DNA from: Andalucia godoyi And28
Taxonomy: Eukaryota; Protista; Jakobida
Direction: 5' to 3'
DNA length: 248,000 nucleotides
NCBI GenBank assembly: GCA_009859145.1
Contig: VRVR01000022.1
Coordinates: forward strand, 20,001 to 268,000
Below are positions 242,624 through 248,000 of this stretch, piece by piece. Both the position numbers and the translations under genes were made by a program. Below the pieces are notes generated by a model that did no database searches, had not been told where the DNA came from, and saw nothing but the letters and a program-made list of their open reading frames with translations. Positions within the stretch are counted from its first letter, which is position 1. Every line of letters begins with the position of its first letter.

Positions 242624-245600
242624 ATGTCGGGTCCACTTACATTGGGCGTTCCTCAGTCATATACACATACGAGCCACCACGCATCGTCCGCGTCGAAGCG
242701 CAGTTCCAGTCCAGCAGCAGCCAGATCGACATCGCCCTCATCATCACCCTCACCTTTGCCGTCCTCACAGCCGTCTGCAAATCGCGGTTCTTCCAAAGCA
242801 CAATACTCATCATCATCGGCAGCACCATCGTCAGCAGCAGGAGCAGGAGCACCGGGTGCAGGAGCGGGAGCCGGGGCTGTGGTGGGGTCTTTATCGCTGA
242901 ATGCAAGTCGGACTTCGGCAACGGCATCGTCTCTGGCGACAGCAGTGAAGGTTCCGGCAGTCGCAGACTTCAGACCGAAATGGTACAGAATGGATGACGA
243001 CGAGTTCGACGACGAGTTTGTCGGCGGGAATAGAAAGCTTCTGACTCCGAGAATGGAGGAGCTGGCAAACACCCGGTCGCGGCTGGAAATCATGTTTGTG
243101 GACCAGCAGCAGAGTTCGCTTGAACACACGCGACTGCTCATGTCCATCCAAGAGTCCCTCTCGGCTGCACAGCTCGACGACCAGCAAAAGAGAGATCTTT
243201 CGCTCTCGGCATTGACTGACAAGTCAGGAACGTCTGGGTCGCGTCTTGAGGAGGGAGAAGACATATCCATGCTGCTGGATACGCCTCGAGAGGTATTTGA
243301 CAATGTGAAACTCGTGATCAATCGCGCGATAGGGAGAGTCGAGGACCAACTGATTCACATATGCCGCGTATTCTTGACGTTCTTTGAAAGTCTGCACGGA
243401 AAGAACAGTGGCGCAGCCGTGCTACCGGCAGTACTGGCTTCGGATAGTGTGGCAGAAGCGATGGCCAAGATTTCAGAAATCATGAAGCAAGGAAAGATGC
243501 AGTCGAATCAGGAGGTGCAAACCGAGTTGGTTGCGCGCAACGTGCGGGACCTTCGGAAGTCTGAGCGCTCCTTCACCGTTTCGACGCAGACAGAAGAGAT
243601 GACAGAGGCGAACGTTCTTCGTTTTCAGGAATTTTCGACCAACAAGTTAAAGAGAGAAATTGAGTCTTCCAAGAAAGCGTATGCTGAATTGCACCGTCTC
243701 TACCGGGCACAGCTGAAGGAAATCGAGTACCTTGAACAGGAAATGGGTGGAATGCAACAGTACCTGCAAACCGTGGACGAGTGTTACAATCGAACCGTGG
243801 ACGAAATGATGGAGTTTGAGCGATTGCGAAATCGGGCGGACGAGACGATCACGGCAGCGCAGGATCCGCGGGTCAGTATCCGGCAGTTTTTCTCAGATCG
243901 GTTTATGAGCTCGCTGAGCGGAAGCATCTCGGAGCGCGACCAAGGGAGGCCAACTTACACCGCCAGAGATATTGACGTTCTTACGCGAGTTCAGCGGAAG
244001 TTCCGCGTCGTGTTGGATCGCGTTCGGTGCGAGAATGAAGCATTTGCGGCGTATCGCCGTTTGCTGAATGGCAGGCTAGGGCGGCAGTATGCGCTCTCGA
244101 ACAGAGGACACTCAGGATTGGGCGGGCTTGCAGTCGACTTGAAGCAAGGCGTGCGAAAAGTGTATCGTCAGATAGCAGCAATTCACAAAGCACAAGCAAA
244201 GAAGGAACACGACGAGCCTGATTCTCTCTCCGAAAGTGGCTCGCAGAGCAGCGAGAGTTCGAAGAAACCCATTGGGGGAAGCGCTCTTCAACGGCAGCTT
244301 ACCGTGCAGCAACAGAAAGTCAAGACGCTCGTGTCGCGGAACGATTCCGGAACGAATGTCTTGGCAAGCGTGTCTTCTGTGAGCATGGAAGAGGATCTCA
244401 GCGCGCAGCTGGAGGAGTTCCGAAACATTTGGAGGTCCGTTGGTACTCGCATTCAGGAATCCTCTCATGTGGTTCGAGGCGCTCTGCGAAAAGGGTTCTT
244501 TTGGGTGTCTGACACTATTCGCAGGCTCGAAACATTGGTACTTCAAAAGTCGGCTAGGGTGGAAGAACTTCAAGCACACAATCGGAAGTTGGAGAAGGCA
244601 GTTGCTGACATGACCGTCAAGGTTGCTATGAAGGAAACGCATATCCATGAGGGAACCCAAACATCCGAGACAGTCTTCATCATCATGCAGTCGAAGCAGA
244701 AACGGTCACTTGCCTCCCAAACTCTTGAATCGTTCCACAATCGTCCGAACCGCTCAAATGTGGATGAGAGAGCCTATGTGCTCGTTGGAGGCATTGCAAC
244801 CCTCAATCCGTCGTCCTCGGATGCGGGGGTCACGGAAGTGGATGCAACGCCGTTTCCCCAGGCTTCTTCGAAAAAGCCTTCTGGAAAGACAGTGCATTCT
244901 TTGCATTCCAATGCGGACACACCGGTTTCGCTGCCGGCGCTGGCGAATCCTGGAAGCCTGAGCTCGCGTAGCGCAGGAGGCGGTAGCTCGAGTCCCAGTG
245001 ATCCGACAAGCGTACGCAGCTTGCCTGGTCTTCGTCGTCAGGGCACGATTCCTCAGAAGACTTTTGAGGAAGCCCTTTCTCCTCCTCGCAAGAGCAAGGC
245101 GATTTCTCGTGTTTCGTCGCCTGGAGATTCACGACCGTCGCGCGAACGGCCGTCGGTATCCCCACCGTCTTCGGCTTCTCCAGTTTTGCCTCCAATTCCC
245201 GTGTCCCTTGGCTACCAGTCTCCGCGTTATCTGGACGACGGGTCGTCTGTTGGTCATTCTCCTGGTCGTTCTTCTCCTGGCCGTACGTCTCCAAACCTCT
245301 CGAGTCCTGGAAGGTCTACTCCGGGAAGAGCGTCTCCTGGGATTTCCTCAACTGGAAAGTCGTCTCCTGTGCCAGCATCGCCGGGGCGCTCGTCGGCTGC
245401 GAGTCCTGTGCTGCAAAGAGTGAACATGAGCGGAGTTAAGGCCCACGGAACCGAACCAAGCGATGGCCCTCGCACTCGCAGAACCGAAGGAAGTGATGGA
245501 ACTCCGCGTATCAACATTAGTGGACCTGTCCATCAGCATCCAGATCCCCCGCGACAAGAAACGATGGCCCCACTCGGTGCTGAAGGGGGCGGAGGCAGGG

Positions 245601-245731
245601 GACTAGAACATGAAGAAGAAGTAGAAGTAGAAGATGACCGAGATGGCGGGGAGGCAAATGCAGATGTGTCGTCGATTGAAGACTCCGATTCTGACGACGG
245701 TTCCAACATTCTTCCTGTTTCTAGGTCCTGA
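242624..245731 (+). CDS. Hypothetical coiled-coil, Ser/Pro-rich protein
   Basis: 1035-aa ORF with SSPGR repeats. Confidence 0.7.
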   Translation: MSGPLTLGVPQSYTHTSHHASSASKRSSSPAAARSTSPSSSPSPLPSSQPSANRGSSKAQYSSSSAAPSSAAGAGAPGAGAGAGAVVGSLSLNASRTSATASSLATAVKVPAVADFRPKWYRMDDDEFDDEFVGGNRKLLTPRMEELANTRSRLEIMFVDQQQSSLEHTRLLMSIQESLSAAQLDDQQKRDLSLSALTDKSGTSGSRLEEGEDISMLLDTPREVFDNVKLVINRAIGRVEDQLIHICRVFLTFFESLHGKNSGAAVLPAVLASDSVAEAMAKISEIMKQGKMQSNQEVQTELVARNVRDLRKSERSFTVSTQTEEMTEANVLRFQEFSTNKLKREIESSKKAYAELHRLYRAQLKEIEYLEQEMGGMQQYLQTVDECYNRTVDEMMEFERLRNRADETITAAQDPRVSIRQFFSDRFMSSLSGSISERDQGRPTYTARDIDVLTRVQRKFRVVLDRVRCENEAFAAYRRLLNGRLGRQYALSNRGHSGLGGLAVDLKQGVRKVYRQIAAIHKAQAKKEHDEPDSLSESGSQSSESSKKPIGGSALQRQLTVQQQKVKTLVSRNDSGTNVLASVSSVSMEEDLSAQLEEFRNIWRSVGTRIQESSHVVRGALRKGFFWVSDTIRRLETLVLQKSARVEELQAHNRKLEKAVADMTVKVAMKETHIHEGTQTSETVFIIMQSKQKRSLASQTLESFHNRPNRSNVDERAYVLVGGIATLNPSSSDAGVTEVDATPFPQASSKKPSGKTVHSLHSNADTPVSLPALANPGSLSSRSAGGGSSSPSDPTSVRSLPGLRRQGTIPQKTFEEALSPPRKSKAISRVSSPGDSRPSRERPSVSPPSSASPVLPPIPVSLGYQSPRYLDDGSSVGHSPGRSSPGRTSPNLSSPGRSTPGRASPGISSTGKSSPVPASPGRSSAASPVLQRVNMSGVKAHGTEPSDGPRTRRTEGSDGTPRINISGPVHQHPDPPRQETMAPLGAEGGGGRGLEHEEEVEVEDDRDGGEANADVSSIEDSDSDDGSNILPVSRS

Positions 245732-245881
245732 TTGCCCCGACAAGTTTCACTGCAGGCAGCAGACAGCAGGTAGCAGGCCTGTTGTCGATGATGTTCTTGT
245801 TGCCACGCCATTTATTTGTTTTTTTAAATTTAAAAATAATAATAATAAGAAAAACGGAAAAAAAGAAAACTGCATTACGCT

Positions 245882-246919
245882 TTACGACTTTGTTTTGGGT
245901 TTCACATCCGCGTCATATACATCGCGAATAAAGATTGCGTCCTTGGGGTGTTCCTTGTCTCCTTCTTCATATGTGTAAGACACGGCAACTGCGAGCCGTT
246001 TCCCTGATTTGTCAAACGACAGGGAAGAAATGGACGATGCATACGATGAAAGCTGTGATATCCTTCTTCGTCCGCCGAGATCCCAAGTTTGGACGGTCCC
246101 ATCGCAACCGCCCGTCGCGATGCTTCCAAATATCGGATGGAACGACACAGCATTCACCGGATAAACGATATCTTCTGCGCCGTTCTCAGTCTTTTTTCTG
246201 TGGCATTTGAACGCAAATCGCTTGTCATCGTCCTCCACACGGTAGTACTCCACTGCAACGCGCCCCTCCACTGATCCAATGACGTAACCTTGGCCATTCG
246301 GCATGCACTCGACGCAGCGTGTCGGATACTTCAGCGCACTCGGTCTCTCGTCCTCTGGAACATCCAGCCGTCTGGAGTCAAACACGTAAATCTTCTTGTC
246401 CGACGTCGCAATCACGATTTTCCCAGATGCTTGTGCAATCGACATGCTGTACACTTTCCCATTCAGAATTGACTTTGCAACGCTATTGGACGTCGACAAC
246501 ACCGGTGACCGGGGGTCCCAGTACATCACCATGGAGTCCCATCCTCCGGACACCACAACCCGCTTCGAAGCTAGGTATCCTACGCACTTGACACAATCAT
246601 CATGGAATCCAAGTTTTGAACTTTTCGACGACGCAGTTCGATTCAGATCAAACATGCGCACCGTCTTGTCGAGCCCACCCGCAATCAGCTTGTGCTCGTC
246701 ATCCATAAACGACACATCCATCATGGGTCCACGGCACTGGAACGCATGCTCTAGAGTGCGACTGCCGCAATTATACAGCCTAACCTGCGAATCCCATGAC
246801 GAAACAGCAAGGATCGAAGAATCCACAAATTCTGGAAACGACAACGCCGTGATTCCATCCGTCGGAGCACTCGGGAGCTCAAACTGACTGGCGGGTGTCG
246901 TTCCGGCAGCGGATGACAT
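245882..246919 (-). CDS. BUB3: Spindle checkpoint WD40 protein BUB3
   Basis: APTDGI, SSWD..VRLY, SALKYPTR, GSVEGRVAVEY, FAFKCHR, YPVNA, TGGCDG. Confidence 0.92.
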   Translation of the reverse strand: MSSAAGTTPASQFELPSAPTDGITALSFPEFVDSSILAVSSWDSQVRLYNCGSRTLEHAFQCRGPMMDVSFMDDEHKLIAGGLDKTVRMFDLNRTASSKSSKLGFHDDCVKCVGYLASKRVVVSGGWDSMVMYWDPRSPVLSTSNSVAKSILNGKVYSMSIAQASGKIVIATSDKKIYVFDSRRLDVPEDERPSALKYPTRCVECMPNGQGYVIGSVEGRVAVEYYRVEDDDKRFAFKCHRKKTENGAEDIVYPVNAVSFHPIFGSIATGGCDGTVQTWDLGGRRRISQLSSYASSISSLSFDKSGKRLAVAVSYTYEEGDKEHPKDAIFIRDVYDADVKPKTKS

Positions 246920-247260
246920 TCCTTACAAAAACGATCCCCCTGATAAAATGTACTTCAACAAAGTGAAGAAGGAAACAACACAAGAAAGCAAGCGATAAAT
247001 CGAGAGAGAAAATCAGAGAGAAAATCCGAGAAAAAAAGTCGAATGCATGCTGGGAAAACTGGCGGGAATCCTTTTTTTTTTTTGAAGTGCTTTTGAGAAT
247101 AACTGTCGTTCCGATGCGCCTCAAGTCCTCAAACTCAAATACGTGTCCTCTTCTCAATCTAGTTTCTGATTTCGTTTTTTAAAAAATAATATATTATCGG
247201 TTGGGTTTGTGTCAGAGGAAAAAAGAAAGAGGAATAGAAAACCGTGTCGTTGGCGACGAA

Positions 247261-248000
247261 ATGGAGAGACGGACGCATGTTTCTCGGTATGTGGTGCTGT
247301 CCAAGATTGGAGAAGGGTCATTTGGGGAGGTTCTGAAGGCTCGAGACTCGGAAACCGGCGAGATTGTGGCAATGAAGCGTGTTTTTCTGCGGTCAAAAGA
247401 TGAGAAGTCACGGCATCGAGCATCAGGAGAGCTAAATGCGCTGTACAAGCTGACACGATTGTGCTGTCGAAATATCGCAGTGCTGCGAGACGCGTCTTTC
247501 CACGCTCGAAATCTGGTTCTCGTAATGGAGTTTTATCCGTTGACGACAGCGGACGTCATTCGAAACCTGGATGTCCGGTTGTCGGAAGCAAATGTCAAGT
247601 ATTTGGTCCGCGAGCTTCTTGTTGCGCTTGATGGATGCCATGGAAATGGAGTCATGCATCGGGACGTCAAGCCTGCGAATGTGCTGCTTTCGGAAACGTC
247701 TGCGGTGCGATTGGGTGATTTTGGACTTGCGACGACTGCCTTGCCAGAAAAAAGGGCCCATACTCCGCAGGTTGCCTCGCGGTGGTACCGTGCCCCAGAG
247801 TTGCTGTTTGGAGCCACGGAATACTCGTTCGAGGTTGACATTTGGGGCGCTGGATGCATTTTTGCAGAGTTGTTGAGGCGCTGTCCGTTGTTCCGTGGAG
247901 ACTCCGACATTGATCAGCTGCGGTGCATTTTGAGCACTTTGGGCACTCCATCTGATGTTCGGTGGCCCTCGGCAGTCAATCTGCCTGATTTCAACAAGAT
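247261..248000 (+). CDS. CDK20/CCRK-like kinase, 3'-partial
   Basis: Hand translation MERRTHVSRYVVLSKIGEGSFGEV..VAMKRV..HRDVKPAN..DFG..YT.QVASRWYRAPELLFG. Confidence 0.8.
   Translation, partial: MERRTHVSRYVVLSKIGEGSFGEVLKARDSETGEIVAMKRVFLRSKDEKSRHRASGELNALYKLTRLCCRNIAVLRDASFHARNLVLVMEFYPLTTADVIRNLDVRLSEANVKYLVRELLVALDGCHGNGVMHRDVKPANVLLSETSAVRLGDFGLATTALPEKRAHTPQVASRWYRAPELLFGATEYSFEVDIWGAGCIFAELLRRCPLFRGDSDIDQLRCILSTLGTPSDVRWPSAVNLPDFNK

Overview
This window is nuclear DNA from a compact, intron-poor, flagellated heterotrophic protist, with about 115 protein genes (roughly one per 2.2 kb), short GT-AG introns (CTGAC/CTAAC branch points) and microsatellite-rich spacers. A jakobid/Discoba-like source such as Andalucia is plausible but is inference only. 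Most genes are ordinary housekeeping, ciliary or centriolar genes. RNA genes are one tRNA-Phe, two intron-containing tRNA-Tyr, one tRNA-Arg and one solitary 5S rRNA. The standout signal, invisible in the ORF track, is a population of non-autonomous Fanzor2 (IS607-TnpB-derived) mini-elements in the intergenic spaces. Ten delimited copies in two families (A and B) share a left end CG(C/T)TG and a right end AAT(G)TAGGCG. They lack clean TIRs or TSDs and sit at a reconstructed 5'-CCG^Y target. Family A keeps a ~105-nt multi-hairpin right end that looks like an omegaRNA scaffold, and each copy is followed by a different potential guide. Older Fanzor relics also occur, one of them inside a ~944-bp inverted duplication within a GC-poor block. 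An unrelated TIR MITE family has four copies. No intact Fanzor ORF or serine recombinase was found in the window. Gene names come from recalled family motifs, not database searches; coordinates of introns and repeat ends are approximate.
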